A stretch of 64,000 bases of DNA from Malacoraja senta (GCA_038087875.1 CM075989.1:18726001-18790000), one strand, 5' to 3'; counted from the stretch's first letter, positions 12,346 through 40,384 are shown. The notes: generated by a model from the letters alone, not told the origin. Numbers and translations: made by a program.

Positions 12346-14516
12346 CATCTGTTCCCAGAAAAATCAAATACTCATGGGCATTAGCTTTAAAGTGAGATGG
12401 GGCAAATTTGAAGGCTACATTTTCCACTGATACCAAGTAACCAGATCAAAACAGTGTAAAACCATAGTGCATCATGCAACCAAAATAAAGTCCATGGTTG
12501 GTCATAGTCGCTGAGGTTGGGGTGAGGGGCTGACAAAGTATCTGCTCGCCTTTCTCCTTAAGTAGTTTGATTTCAGTTGGCGGCAGTCCGTATCTGGAAT
12601 GAGGTGGCAGAGGAGGCTATAGGGGCCGATCCAATTAAATGATATTTGGACTGAGATATGACAAGTTTAATGGACTATGGGCCAAATCCAGGAAAATGAG
12701 ATGACCAACTTGGCCGGCATGGACAATGTGGGCCGATGGGCCTGTTTGCATGTTCCGCCACTCTGTGACAGCTCTATAACTCAGAGCATAGTTCACTCAA
12801 GTATTTACCCTCTAAATATGGCCAAATAAATTAAAACATGCAAGTAAACAGCAGAGGTTTGGAGATGTTTCCTCGTTGTGTACAAAGCCATAAATTAAGG
12901 ACGTCAGGCAAGCAACATAACGTTGGAAGCCCATTACTGATTGCACTTTGTAAAGAGACAAATCCAAAGAAAGGTTACTTGGACTGGGTCTCAGTCAGTG
13001 CATTGATGATTAAATTGACCTGGTTTTCATCATTTAAGATCTTTAATGTCAGTCTTGCTTTCAATCAACTATTCCTGTTTACTCTTGTTTTCATTGGAAA
13101 TGTTAATTATTAAACCATGTTTTACTCATGAATTCATGGAACTGGCTCGTGGATATTGTACGGAGCCTTCTCAACTGCAACCATTTTTCTTTTGATCGGA
13201 TAACCTAGAGCAAGGCCAGTTGCCATGGGAACTTCTTGTAAGCAGCTGTTGAGGAAAATCATTCAAATTAAGTAAGATTATGTTTTTGTTGCAAAACTGT
13301 CGGAAGGCGAAGCTTTTCACGGGAGTAGTCGTTTTTTTTTTTTAAGTGCATTTCAATTAGATCAGAACTGGACTGTAATGTACCTGTCTAATCTGTTAGT
13401 CTTGTGTTTTCATGGAAATCAATTGTCCAAAGTGGATGAGCTGAGGCCTTGATGAATTTTAAGAGTATGCTTCTGCCAATGACAAGAGCTGTCACGATAT
13501 TTTTTGCGGTGGTTTCCTGGCAACTTTAGACTTAGCAACCAAAATTAAGCCTGTCATTAAAAGGAAAGGTGGCACTCACAAGCTTACAAATCAAAACATT
13601 TTCAAAACGGCTGCAGTGCGATTGGAAAAGGTCGATCCAATAATTCCCAGGCTGCTACAGGTATTTAATTTAAAATGATACCAATATCTGAAATGAAGTC
13701 AGTCGGTAGAAATTGTACATCAATGGATGAATGAATGAGAATTAATGTAACTTTAATCGATGTGAAATATTTGAGAGGGACAAATCAATTTAACAATTCA
13801 AATGCTTTGGACAGAACAAGTCTGAGTTACCTGATGAGGGAAATGCTTGCACAAAATAAATAGTTTTATATTTATTCAAAGAGAGGGTTCACAAAAAGTT
13901 TGATATATACTGGGAGTTTTAAAGGAAGCGGAAGTCCTATTGCATTTTAAATCAGAAAATAGAATTTCAACCAAAGTAGATTTGGTGTAAAATACTGTTC
14001 TTTGAGAGCATCGTATCATTTCGGCAAACGGATTCTAAACTGTACTCTCCGTGGCTAGAAGTCCCATGTAGCCATTTGTTTGCTTTGCGTTGCTTTATGC
14101 AAGTTAGGGGAAGAGACTTTGATCGTAAAAGCAGACGCCTTGGAATCTTTTGAAAAGAGATTGCAATGTATTCCAAACATGAGGTAATCTCAGCAGAACA
14201 GGATTAAAGGGAAGCTGCCTGTGTGGGCAGAGGGCGGACAAACGTCAGCCACATTATCGTGTTTATGTTGTTTTAAAAGTTGAGGTTGTTCGTCAATGAA
14301 CTACAAAGCTCTGTGTGATGCCCCCTCCAGGAGGGCATCTTGTGAAATAACTTCTCGAGTTTCTGCTCCATTTTAAACAAAGTACGACAGGTTTTGATGA
14401 TAAATATTATCTACAGATAAGCTCAGCTGCTCACTGGAGTAAGAACAAGGCTATTCTGCCCCCTTTTTATTCGTTTATGGGATATGCTATACTGAAAGAG
14501 GACAGCACTATACCAG

Positions 14517-14802
14517 GGTGGCATGCTGGTAGGGTTGCTGCCTCATAGCACCACAGACCCAGGTTCAATCCTGATTACAGTGCTGGCTCTACAGAGATTG
14601 TACCTTCTCCCCGTGACCGCGTGGGTTTTCTCCGGTGGCTCCGGTTTCCTTCCACATTCCAAAGACGTGCGGGTTTGTAGGTTAATTGGCTTCTGCAAAT
14701 TGTCCCTAGTATGCAAGACAGAACTAGTGTAAGGGTGATTGCCGGTCGGTGTGGACTGGGTGGGCCGAAGGGCCTGTTTCCATGCTGTATCACCAAACTA
14801 AA
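14517..14802 (+). mobile_element. HE1-like SINE
   Basis: Matches the family consensus. Confidence 0.85.
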
Positions 14803-15360
14803 AAGGGCAGGGAATAAAAGAGAGGGAAATCAGTGGAAGATGTATCCTTAAATAGCAATGGATGCAAGGTGATGAAAGTGGGGAACAGAGAGAATGTTTT
14901 TCTTCTTCTCCCTCCCCTATCCCTCCTACCCCCCCCTCCATGCCCACTCTTTCCTATCATTATCGTACCCCTCCCCTTCCCCTTCGTCCTGCCCCTTCCC
15001 CCTATGTCCCTCCCTCTGGCTTTATATTTCACTCTTCCTCTCCTTACCGGCCTGCTTTTGTCTTCGTATCTCCTCTTTGTCCCATTTAGTCCTCCTTTTC
15101 TTACCCTCACCTCCATATCATCATCACTAGCCGTTGTCCACCCTTCTACAAATCAAGAAGACCCCCTCACCTGCATCCTACCCATCACTTGCCAGGTTTT
15201 ATCCCACCCCCATCTCTCTTCTCCACCTTTCACCCCCACCCCCTACAATCAGTATGAAGATGGGCCCACCCCAGAAAGGCCACGTATCCATGTCCTCCAC
15301 AGATGCTGCCCAGCGGGCTGAGTTCTTCCAGCACTTCCACACAGGATTCCAGCATCTGCA

Positions 15361-15660
15361 GTTTAGTTTTAGAGATACAGCGTGGAAACAGGCCCTTCGG
15401 CCCACCGCGTCCGTGCTGACCAGCGATCCCCGCATATTTACACTATCCTACACACTAGGGGCAATTTTTACATTTACCAAGCCAATTTACCTACATACCT
15501 GTACATCTTTGGAGTGTGGGAGGAAACGGAAGATCTCGGAGTAAACCCACGCGGTCACGGGGAGAACGTACAAACTCCGTACAGACAGCACCCGTAGTCG
15601 GGATCGAACCCGGGTCTCTGGCGCTGCAAGCGCTGTAAGGCAGCAACTCTACCCCTGAGC
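15361..15660 (-). mobile_element. HE1-like SINE
   Basis: Matches the family consensus, reverse strand. Confidence 0.88.
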
Positions 15661-16215
15661 CTGGTTCCTTGTGTCTAAAATAAAATTAATTCACGGCCAG
15701 CAAATAAAGTGAATACGGTATAATACATGGGAGCAAAAATAAATCCCTTCATTCATCAGAATAATAAATACAAAGTTTAAAGGAGATTTGCGGGGGCAAG
15801 TTTGTTACACAGAGGGTGGTGAGTGTCTGGTACTCGCTGTGGTGCTAGAGGTTGATACACAGTGGTATTTAATAGGCTTTTTAGAAAGGCACAAGGATAG
15901 GGAGGGATGTTGATCGTGTACTGGCTGAGGGGATTCGTTGAGCTTGGCATCATGTTCGGCATGGACAATGTGGCCAGAAGGGCCTGTTCCTGTGCTGTAC
16001 TGATCTACGTTCTATGTGCTATGAACAATATGCACTTAATACATTTGTAGTCTTTTCCGATGCATTTAATTTAACTTAATTGTGATTAACCTCGGTGGTC
16101 AGGCAGAGTCCAAGGAGACCAATAATGTTTGTGGACAAAATTACAGATTAAAATGAATGGTTCAATGGTATTTTATTTTCACATGTATCCAGGTAAATGA
16201 GATTTGTTTTATGCA

Positions 16216-16398
16216 TACACGTCAGTAAAAATCTGTAAATACTGTAAAGCCACTCATAGCTAGCATTGGAAGCACCAGTTTATTTACTTCACATCAAGGT
16301 TACGCAGACATTCTCCTTTTGAGAAAGTAAACGTTATCTTATTTTGACTTCACCTCAGGTCCCTCCTGTTTAAACCCTTCCCTCGCTGTCTTATAAAA
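16216..16398 (+). promoter_or_regulatory. Proximal (gonad-type) cyp19a1 promoter
   Basis: TATAAAA 16392-16398; NR5A1/SF-1-like TCAAGGTTA 16294-16302; CRE-like TACACGTCA 16216-16224 and TGACTTCA 16345-16352; forkhead GTAAATA 16235-16241 and TATTTAC 16281-16287; GATA TTATCT 16334-16339. Confidence 0.75.
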
Positions 16399-16438
16399 AG
16401 CATCTCGTGCTGCGCTCTCCAACACAAACGGCCTTAAC

Positions 16439-30997
<14,559 letters not shown>

Positions 30998-31664
30998 CAT
31001 AGAGTGAACTGAGGAAAATCACCCAATTGAAACTCTGCCACCTTCTCACAACGTAGACTCCAAACCATGAATAGAAACGTAGACAGTGTCTTTGACTGTG
31101 AAGCTTAGGTGTTAAGCCGTTATTTTTCAACATAAAGTAATTTTCCTATGAATTTGTGTCTTTGCCCTTTTCCAATCCTGGCTATCCATGGATTTGCTTT
31201 CTGTGGAACCACGTTTTCACAAGATTAACCTCAAATTATTGTGTCTATGAACACTTGCGTATACTAGGAACTAGTCGTTGTCTGGTTAGTTGTAGCAGGC
31301 CGTTCCCAAAGCACCTGTGTCGAGTTACTACCTCCCTGCACCATTCTATACACAGTTCCACTTTGTAGTTCTATCATCTGTAGCCGCTTACAAGTTTGGA
31401 TAGACATCGTTAGCGAGCTAAATATCCTTTCCTATTACGCGTTTAAATGTTTGTATGTGTTTATGAATGTGTGTTCATGCTTTTGGAACGTTAGGGGGCA
31501 TATTAGTGTTATTTGCGAGCTGTTTGGGCAGCAAAGGATGGCGTCTTAGTCGAACCCATGTTTCTGTTCTCTGTGGAAAGATCAAACGCCAAACTCTCTC
31601 AGATAACGAGGGCTTGAGTGTACACTGAATATTGAGATAATTGGTGTGAGTAAAAATTTAGTTA

Positions 31665-31670
31665 AATAAA
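31665..31670 (+). terminator. Candidate polyadenylation signal of cyp19a1 (alternative AATAAA at 32157-32162)
   Basis: First AATAAA I found after the stop codon, about 670 nt into repeat-free 3' sequence. Confidence 0.45.
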
Positions 31671-32459
31671 AACTAAATGCTCTCAAACTTAGTTAGGAGA
31701 TCTGAAAAAATATATATAGAGGGAAAAGTCATCTTTGGTAAACAGAACAAAATATCCTTAATAAGGGAAAGATATTTCAAGGCGAGGATAATTTTCACTC
31801 TGTTGTCAGAGCAGACTCGTGTGTCAGGCATTTACACGCCTGCATTGTGGAAACCAGAGAATATCTGGCTTTGTGCTTTGTCTCCAATGCAGCAGGTGAG
31901 CTAAGCTTTCGAGCTTACTCTGAGATTGGATCTGAAATGTTTAAAATCAAACAAAAAACAAAATGGTTAATTATGAGGTGACTAAATATTTTTTCATATT
32001 GCGCAGAAATGTTGTAATCTCCTATCTGCCCAGTCTTGTTTTGTGCCTTTTATTATTTACATCTGGAGTCAGCTGGAGTACAGTTCACTATTGCGAGCCC
32101 TATCGGTAGCTGGTGCCCTGTGGCAAGATGCCAGAGCTACACCGACGCACTGCTACAATAAACCGGTGAGCCAGACTGTAAAACACTCCTCCCATTTTCT
32201 AACCTACATCTGCATCAATGTAAAACAGCATCATACTTGCAGGCTTCAATGCCACACAAGCCTGGAACTATGCATGCTTCATTGTAGGGCAGCACGGTGG
32301 CGCAGCGGGTAACTCTGCATGTCATGCATGCATCCTTGGAGAACATGGATAAGTGACACTGAAGAAGGATCCCGACCCAAAACATCATCTGTCCATGTCC
32401 TCCAGGAATGCTGCCTGACCCGCTGAGTTACTCCAGCACTTTGTGCTTTTCAGAGCCAT

Positions 32460-33095
32460 TTAGTTTAGTTTAGAGATGCAGCGCGGAAACAGGCCCTTTG
32501 GCCCACCGAGTCCGCGCCGACCAGCGATCCCCGTACTATCCCACGCACACTAGGGACAATTTACACAAACACCAAGCCAATTAGCCCACATACCTGTACG
32601 TCTTTGGGGTGTGGGAGGAAACCGAAGATCTCGGAGAAAACCCTCGCAGTCACAGGAAGAAGGTACTAACTCCGTACAGACGGCACCCGTAGTTTGTGAA
32701 TTGTGCTCACTAATACCAGCAATTATATAGTAAAAGGTCTGAGTAGAGTAGTTATTTATAAACTGTAACAACAATACCCTCAATAACGGTAGCCTAGTGT
32801 TGCAGCAGTAGAGTTGCTGCCTTACAACGCAAGAGACACAGGTTCGATCCTGACTACGGGTGCTGTCTATACAGAGTTTGTACGCTCTCACTGTGATTGC
32901 GTGGGTTTTCTCCGGGTGATCCAGTTTCCTCCCACACTCCAAAGACGTGCAGCTTTGTGGGCTAATTGGCTTGGCACAATTGTAAATTGTCCCTAGTGTG
33001 TGTAGGATAGTGTTAGTCTGCTGGGATCACTGGTCAGCATGGACTCGGTGGGCCAAAGGGCCTGTTTCCGCACTGTATCTCTAAACTAAACTAAA
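32460..33095. mobile_element. Divergent pair of HE1-like SINEs (32460-32692 minus, 32790-33095 plus)
   Basis: Matches the family consensus on opposite strands. Confidence 0.85.
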
Positions 33096-34112
33096 CACGT
33101 GACTTGCTGCTGTCAGAGTGATATACCTGTTTCATTGAGAGCCATTAACAAGGTTCTTCCCTAATTTATGCCTGCAAGCGATTAATGGCCGCTTGGCCAT
33201 TGGTGACATCAGCACGTGTGTGACCTTTGACAGGGAACTGCTTCCTGCTAATGATGACAGGAAGTGTCTACCTACTCTTCTCGAGTTAGAACTTGACTAA
33301 CAGATAGATACTCATCCTTCAAAGTATGTACAAAACAATTTGCTTGGTTTTTCATGATTTACGCAACCGAATTGGGGCAAAAGGTTCCAACTTTCAGGAA
33401 ATAATCTAATCATATCAGTTTATATGTGGGATATTATTGCATGTAAAATTGGCTGCTGAATTGATGACACCACAGGAACTATGTTCTCATTGGGATAGTT
33501 GTAGGCTGGAACTTCGTACCTTTGTCGGCGCTCTACACATGGCAACCCTTTGCATACCTTGTGTATGGAATGCAAAACAAAGCATTTCACTGTGACATGT
33601 CACATATGATAATAAAGTATCAATCAATCAATCAAACTAACGTTTAAATACAGGGTTGGCTCTTAATATTCAATTTGTAACCCTCTAGTTTCATGAAAAG
33701 CAGTTAGTGGGAGGGTTGACAGAAATATCACTTGAAGACAGGGAAGAGGTTGGGAGGGAAGTTCTGTAATATTCCTGATGCATCCTAAAATCCAACTGGG
33801 GTGTTTTCAACATTCATTGGTTAATTTCACAAAAGCGTGGCTTCTGAGAGCCTTCCCTGTAAGTATGGCACAGCTTAAGATATTTACAGTTTATTAAATA
33901 CCAACAAAAGGGACAGGAGTAGAATTAGGCCATTCGGCCCATCAAGTCTACCCCGCCATTCAATCATGGCTGATCTATTTCTCCCTCCTAACCCCATTCT
34001 CCTGCCTTCTCCCCATAACCTCTGACACCCGTACTAATCAAGAATCTATCTTTCTCTACCTTAAAAATATCAACTGACATCATTGAATCTCACATCTGCT
34101 CCAAAATTCCTA

Positions 34113-34405
34113 TGAGGTTGGACAGGCTAGATGCAGGAAGATTGTTCCCGATGTTGGGGAAGTCCAGGACAAGGGGTCACAGCTTAAGGATAAGGGGGAA
34201 ATCCTTTAAGACCGAGATGAGGAAAAACTTTTTCACACAGAGAGTGGTGAATCTCTGGAACTCTCTGCCACAGGGGGTATGGAGAGAAGGCAGGTACGGG
34301 ATACTGAGTTGGATGATCAGCCATGATCATATTGAATGGCGGTGCAGGCTCGAAGGGCCGAATGGCCTACTCCTGCACCTATTTTCTATGTATCTATGTA
34401 TCTAT
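34113..34405 (+). mobile_element. CR1 3' fragment with an internal 74-bp deletion
   Basis: Same subfamily as 23695-24197; the segment between two cagagggta repeats is missing. Confidence 0.88.
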
Positions 34406-35344
34406 GCTCCAATCTTTACAATGCTCTGCTCTCAAATGGCCTTTATTTGGTGCATTGTATGGTAGTTTTATTCTGTACTGGGCTCAAACTGAATATACAG
34501 GGTATTTCATCTGCTTTTTCGAGACACTACTCTGCGCCTGTCCCCGCCATTTCTAGGCAATTATTAAAGCAAAATGAGCTTGATTAAATCATGTGTTGTG
34601 TTGCCAGCTTGTTAAAATGGGACATGAGCAAGAGTAGCTTTGACTCATCTTAAAATGGTAATTTTACCATAAATTATATCAACTGGTGCAAGAATTAGGC
34701 TGTAGAGATGATTAATATTGATATTAATATGTGTGGAACCATGATTGGAAGGTTTATTTATTTTTGGAAATATTCCGCATTTTTCTGGTGAATCTTGTCT
34801 TGATGAAGAAGGTTGATTAATAAACTGGATTATTCAGCGGATCATTTCTTGTCGGGACTACTCGAATCTTACAAAAAACAAGAGAAACTAATCTGTACAA
34901 TCCCTGGACATGCTCCGCTGGTCACTACAATCATGGCTGAACCAACCCTGGTCTTAACCCCAGCCTCTATCCACACATCAGTCTTCCCCTGTCTGGATCA
35001 CATTCCCCAAGGTTACTGCCAACATCTCCAGTCATCTTCACCAGCGGTTGAAGGGAGCTTTTATACTGCTCCCAAATGGAATAGCACAGTCCATAAAAGC
35101 CCTAGCTCTCCAAATCTTTGAGCTCAGAAAGCAGTTTTCAGTTGGCAGTGGACCTGGATTGTTACCCACGATTGTTACCTCAATGCAGGCAACTGAGCAC
35201 ACAGAGTTCATTGGGCATGCACAATGGTGTCCAGATTACACACGCTGCTCCTTTGTTGCATCTGGTGCAATGTACTACTGGGCAGACGTGACCCACAATA
35301 ACACCGTAGGAGGTTGTAACTGGCTAAATTGAAACCCTCGTTAC

Positions 35345-35800
35345 AGAGAGCGTAGAGTAGGACAGCACAGAAACAGGCCCACAGTGTCCATGCCAAACCT
35401 GATACCAAGTTAATCTCTGCCTCCACGTGATCCATATCCTTCCATTCCCTTCACATCCACGTGCCTATCTAAAACGCCACTATCATACCTATGGTCATCC
35501 ATGGTCAGTCATGACCAAGGGGGGCCCACATACTATACCTACCTCCACCACCACCCTGGCAATGCATTCCAGGCAGCCACCTCTCTCTTGGAAAAAATAG
35601 TTGCCCCATATATCTCCTTAAATCTGATCTTAACCTAACCTTAAAGCCATGCCTTCTAGTCTTTGACATTTCCATCCTGGGAATAAGGTTCTGGCTGTCT
35701 ACCATATCTATACCTCTCGTAATATTGTGCACCTCGATCAGGTCTCCCCTCAACCTCCGAGGCTGCAGCGAAAGCAGTCCAAGTTTGTCCAACCTCTCCG
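35345..35800 (-). mobile_element. CR1-clade LINE 3' fragment
   Basis: LDKLGLLSLQPRRLRGDLIEV. Confidence 0.85.
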
Positions 35801-37339
35801 TCCCGCTTCTCCACTACATCGGCACTTCACTGGATTTCCCCAATAACTACCAGCTTGCTGGAGAATCCCAAGTGTCCACATTCCTCCAGGTGGCGATTTA
35901 TTTTCTATTATTAACGATCTTCTTCCCATCCCAGACACGTGAACACCACTTACCATCGCTGTACCAAATCATCGACCTAACTAATTCCATCTTAATTGAT
36001 AGGAACAGAATTAGGCCATTTGGCCCATCAAGTCTACTCTGCCATCCAATCATGGCTGATCTATCTCTCCCTCCTAACCACATTCTCCTGCCTCTCCCCA
36101 TAACCTCTAACACCCATACTAATCAAGAATCTATCTATCTCTGTCTTTAAAATATCCATTGACTTGGCCCCCATAGCCTTCTGTGGCAATGAATTCCACA
36201 GATTCATCTGTCCAAAACACTTGGACTCATCTGCCCGGGCAGTCCTATCACCAGCTCAATCTCTCCATGATCTTGGCAATGGTGAGACCGTGGAATGATG
36301 TCCTCCTCCACAATGGGTAAAGCTTTGAGCCTTGGAGATGGTCAGATATTGGAGGCTCCTGAGCAACCCGGTCTGGGACTGGCTGCAGACTTCAGGACAA
36401 AATAATCCAATACGTCTAAGCATAAGAAAAACTCCTCATTGCAAAAGGCAAATAAAACGTAGAAAAAGATGACATTGAATGTATGAGCACTTACTGCATT
36501 CATGTGATCAATGATAACCCTTTGCTTACTTCATCTGAAAACATTTGAACAATTCAATAAATATAATAATTGCCTAAGTGGATAACTCAGAGAAATTTAC
36601 CTACTGTACTTTATTAAGTGTCAAAGCTGCATATTTCTGAAAGTCTCTGCCTCAGGACCTGAATATTCTTTCTACTGCTTTGACTTTTTTTGTGTAGCGC
36701 TCACTAGTCACTAGATTTATATGAATAATATTTGTAATTAAAGTGTCCATCAGAAATCTGACCATGCTGTATAAAAGTCACCTTATCACTATTTATTGGA
36801 AAATAAAAAGCATTTAAATTAAAATGTGTACCTTTTTTCATTGCACAATGAACGAAAGCTTTTCACTGCACCTCGGTACACGTGACAATAAACTTAACTC
36901 AAACTTGAAGGTAAGCACCAATGGCAGTAAACTCCCCATATCTTTGCTCATTTTTTTAACACAAATAAAAGCTCTCTTCTGATGTTGATTTAAAGTCATT
37001 GAGCCAAAACTATTCTCTACCTGTGTTTATATTCAAAGTCTTTCTTTGCAGTAGATGTGAACCCTTTGCCCCCTGGGGAAATGGGGATCTGTATCTTGAA
37101 GTCCACACAACAATATCTTTGCATGTAACTAAATGCAAAGCAAGTCAGAATACATTGTTGAATATAATTTCTTACACTGGAGGTTCTCTACCCGTAGCGT
37201 TATAGAGCTGTACAGCACAAAAACAGGCCCTTCAGCCCACCTTGTCCATGGGGACCAATTTGACATTCCGGGCTAGTCCCATTTGGTCTCGAGCCCTGTA
37301 AACCTTTCCTATCCCTATATCTATCAAAATGTTTTTAGA

Positions 37340-37593
37340 CAGCACAATAGTGCAGCCTTACAGCGCCAGAGACACAGGTTCCAACCTGACTACGAGTGCA
37401 GTCAGTGCGGAGTTTGTATGTTCTCTCTGTAACCTTGTGGGTTTTCTCCAGGTGCTCCAGTTTCCTGCCATCATCCAAAGACATGCAGGTTTGTAGGTTA
37501 ATTGACTTCTGTAAATTGCTCCTAGTATGTAGGATAATTGGACGAAGGGCCCGTTTTCACACTGCATCTCTAAACTAAACTAAACTAAACTAA
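37340..37593 (+). mobile_element. HE1-like SINE
   Basis: Matches the family consensus; (ctaaa)n tail. Confidence 0.82.
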
Positions 37594-37834
37594 AAAGTCA
37601 TAATTGAATCTACTTCTACAGCTTCCTCCGGTGTTTAACTCCAGATATGGACTGCCCTCTGAGGGAAAAGCTTGCCACTGAGATGCCTCTTTCATCTTTC
37701 CCCTCTCGCCTTAACTATGCAGTATTGCCGTAGCAGTCTTACTGCAGTGAATGCCTTCATTTTATGTGTGTGCGGTGGTGAAGTTAAAATGATTTATATA
37801 CTTTGGTTTCTGTGGGATGACTCCAACGAGATGT

Positions 37835-37965
37835 TTCATATTTCGCTTGGACAGCCTACAACCCAGTGGTATGAATATTGGTTTCTCTAACTTCAAGTAA
37901 CCCCTGGCGTTCCCTCTCTCTCCATCCCTCCCCCGTTGTACCAACTTCTACGTTACCTTGTTGAG
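37835..37965 (+). mobile_element. Penelope-like element ORF C-terminus remnant
   Basis: FIFRLDSLQPSGMNIGFSNFK* at 37835-37900. Confidence 0.72.
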
Positions 37966-38500
37966 TCGATGAAGAGCATTTGGCTTCACTTATAAGCTCA
38001 CAAGTTGCTTGGATAAAATTCTTGGATTTCTTCAATGAAAATACAAATTGTTAGAAATACTCAGCTGGTCAGGCAGCATCTGAGATGGGAGAGAAGCAGT
38101 TATGAGAACAACCCTCACTAAACTGACCTGTTGAATATTTCCAGCAGGCTCCTTTTTAATGCCAGGTTTTCAGCATTTGCTACTTGGTTGACTTCATGTC
38201 TGGAGTGATACACAACTATGAAATGATTCATGTCAATATGAGGTTTGCTTGAGATGTGAGTATTGTCCATGACAAATTTATCCCTGCCCGAGTCTTGGTC
38301 CTTGATATTTCAGTGTGTTGCATTTACACAAAACATATGCAGAGGGAGCCAATAAAGCCAAGAAGCAATAAATCCGTTAACTGTATTTTTCAAAATTACA
38401 GTTGTTCACTTCAGTGTAGAATTAGACAAAGTATAAAAACCTGCTCTAACATGTCCCTACGAATGATATTAAGAGAGTGACTTGTAGATCAGGTTACTCG

Positions 38501-38514
38501 CCAGCAGAGGGCAG
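38501..38514 (+). promoter_or_regulatory. Candidate CTCF binding site
   Basis: CCAGCAGAGGGCAG matches the core consensus CCASYAGRKGGCRS at every position, in non-repeat sequence. Confidence 0.5.
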
Positions 38515-40384
38515 GGTTGCAAACATTTTTAATGCTTTTTTTAAAACATATGGTAATCCAGGCTTTTAGCCATTATTAAATGACATTCATTTTGCTAAAT
38601 GGAATTTATATTTGGTAGAATTTTGACTTGATATAGAGTCACACAGATTTATAGAGCATGGAAATAGGCCCTTCGGCCCAACTCGTCCATGCTAACCAAG
38701 ATGCCCCATCTAAGCTGGTCCCATTTGCTTGTGTTTGGCCCATATTCCTCTCAACTTTTCCTATCCATGTACCTGTCCAAATGTCTTTGAATCATTATTA
38801 TAGTACCTGCCTCAGCTACTTCCTCTGGCAGCTCGTTCCATATGCCCGTCATCCTCTGTGTGAATAGATTGCCCTTACCATATTAATTATGAAGTATTAT
38901 CAATAATCTGTATTTTCCACCTCGCGCAGACGAGGGTGAGTGACCTTTCACACCCCGTGTCGATGATATTTTGTACAATGCCCATCACGGGGAAACAATG
39001 TGAATGAAAGAGCAATAACTCACCCGGGAGCTGGAGGTTTTGCAGAGCGGAGCTAAGTGCGTGACTGTCATTTCTTTGTGTAAACGCCTTGCTGGATCAC
39101 AAAGACCATATCCACATTCTTTCTTTGTATTCTTTCTTTCAAATCCTGTCGGAGAGCACTCTGTCCACACAATCTCCGCATGGCAACTGGTTGCGTAGGC
39201 AAACCTGGTAAAGGTGGAGCAGAGGTTGGGAACATCCAGTGAACAACTTTCCACTGTACCTCGCTACACATGTCAATAAACTAAACTGAACTGTGCCTTC
39301 ATCTCCACTGCCAACAATTACATCAGTGTCTCCTTTCAGTAACTCTCCCCACCCTGTGACTTATCCCTCTTCATTTCACAAATAAGGGAACGCTCACAGT
39401 CTCAAATGTTTAAAAACATATTTGTTCAGATACATGGATAGGACAGGTTTAGAGGGATATGGGCCAAACGAAGGCAGGTGGAACTAGTGTAGATGGTCAG
39501 CATGGATTGGATGGACCGAAGGGCCTATTTCCACACCTTATGGCTCTATCATGGGAGAGGATTCTAAAACTAGAGGCTTAAATTGAGAGCGGAGAGATTT
39601 AAGAGGGACATGAAGGGTAACGTTTTCACTCTGAGGATGGTCAGTATCTGGAGAAAGCTATAGAAGTGGATAGAATTATAACTTTTAAAATACACTGATA
39701 TATTGGTTGGAAAGGTTATGGGGATGTGGGCCAAATGCAGGCAGATGGAACTAGCCCAGTATGCCAACTTGGTTGACATGGACAAGGAGGGCTGAAGGGC
39801 CTGTTACCATGCTGTAAGGCTCGATGACTGTATCACTCTTTTAGTGTGTCTCTTCATTAATCCTGACCATGTTTGTTTTGTCCCACCTTTTAATTTCGCA
39901 AATAACATGCTGCCTGTTCATCCCAAGACATCTGTGGTGTTGGGAACGTCCTTTGGTTGCTCATTGCATGTGTTGTTACATTATTCCATTGTTGAAACCA
40001 GTGGGTGGGCAGAAAAATAAGTGGCGCGGTCCCCTATTATGTGTCTCTTCATGCTTCAGACTGATGCTTTAACACTAAGTCTCCGAGCAAATAGGTGGGT
40101 CTGAATGCAAGGATGTGACATCGGCCCCTATTAAGACAAATTTGCACAAAGCCTTTTAACGCAAGTCCGATTTCTCCAACCGTAATTGTTGGTGTCGGAC
40201 GTGATTGCAAATTTGTCAATGTTTGGTTTACCGCAATTAATTTCTGTTCTGAACTAGTTAATACAAAAATAGATATTCATAGAACATGTAAACATAGAAC
40301 ATAGGCAGGTACAGCACAGGAACAGGCCCTTCAGCCCACAATGTCTGTGCCAATTATGATGCGAAGCTAAACTAATCTTATCTG

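Noticed and set aside
14790..15544. Pro/Leu-rich and Arg/Gly-rich ORFs
   Set aside because: Low-complexity pyrimidine-rich repeat UTR plus SINE sequence; no domain or splice support.
16090..16120. Possible estrogen-response element (GGTCA at about 16096)
   Set aside because: Only a half-site; there is no GGTCAnnnTGACC palindrome.
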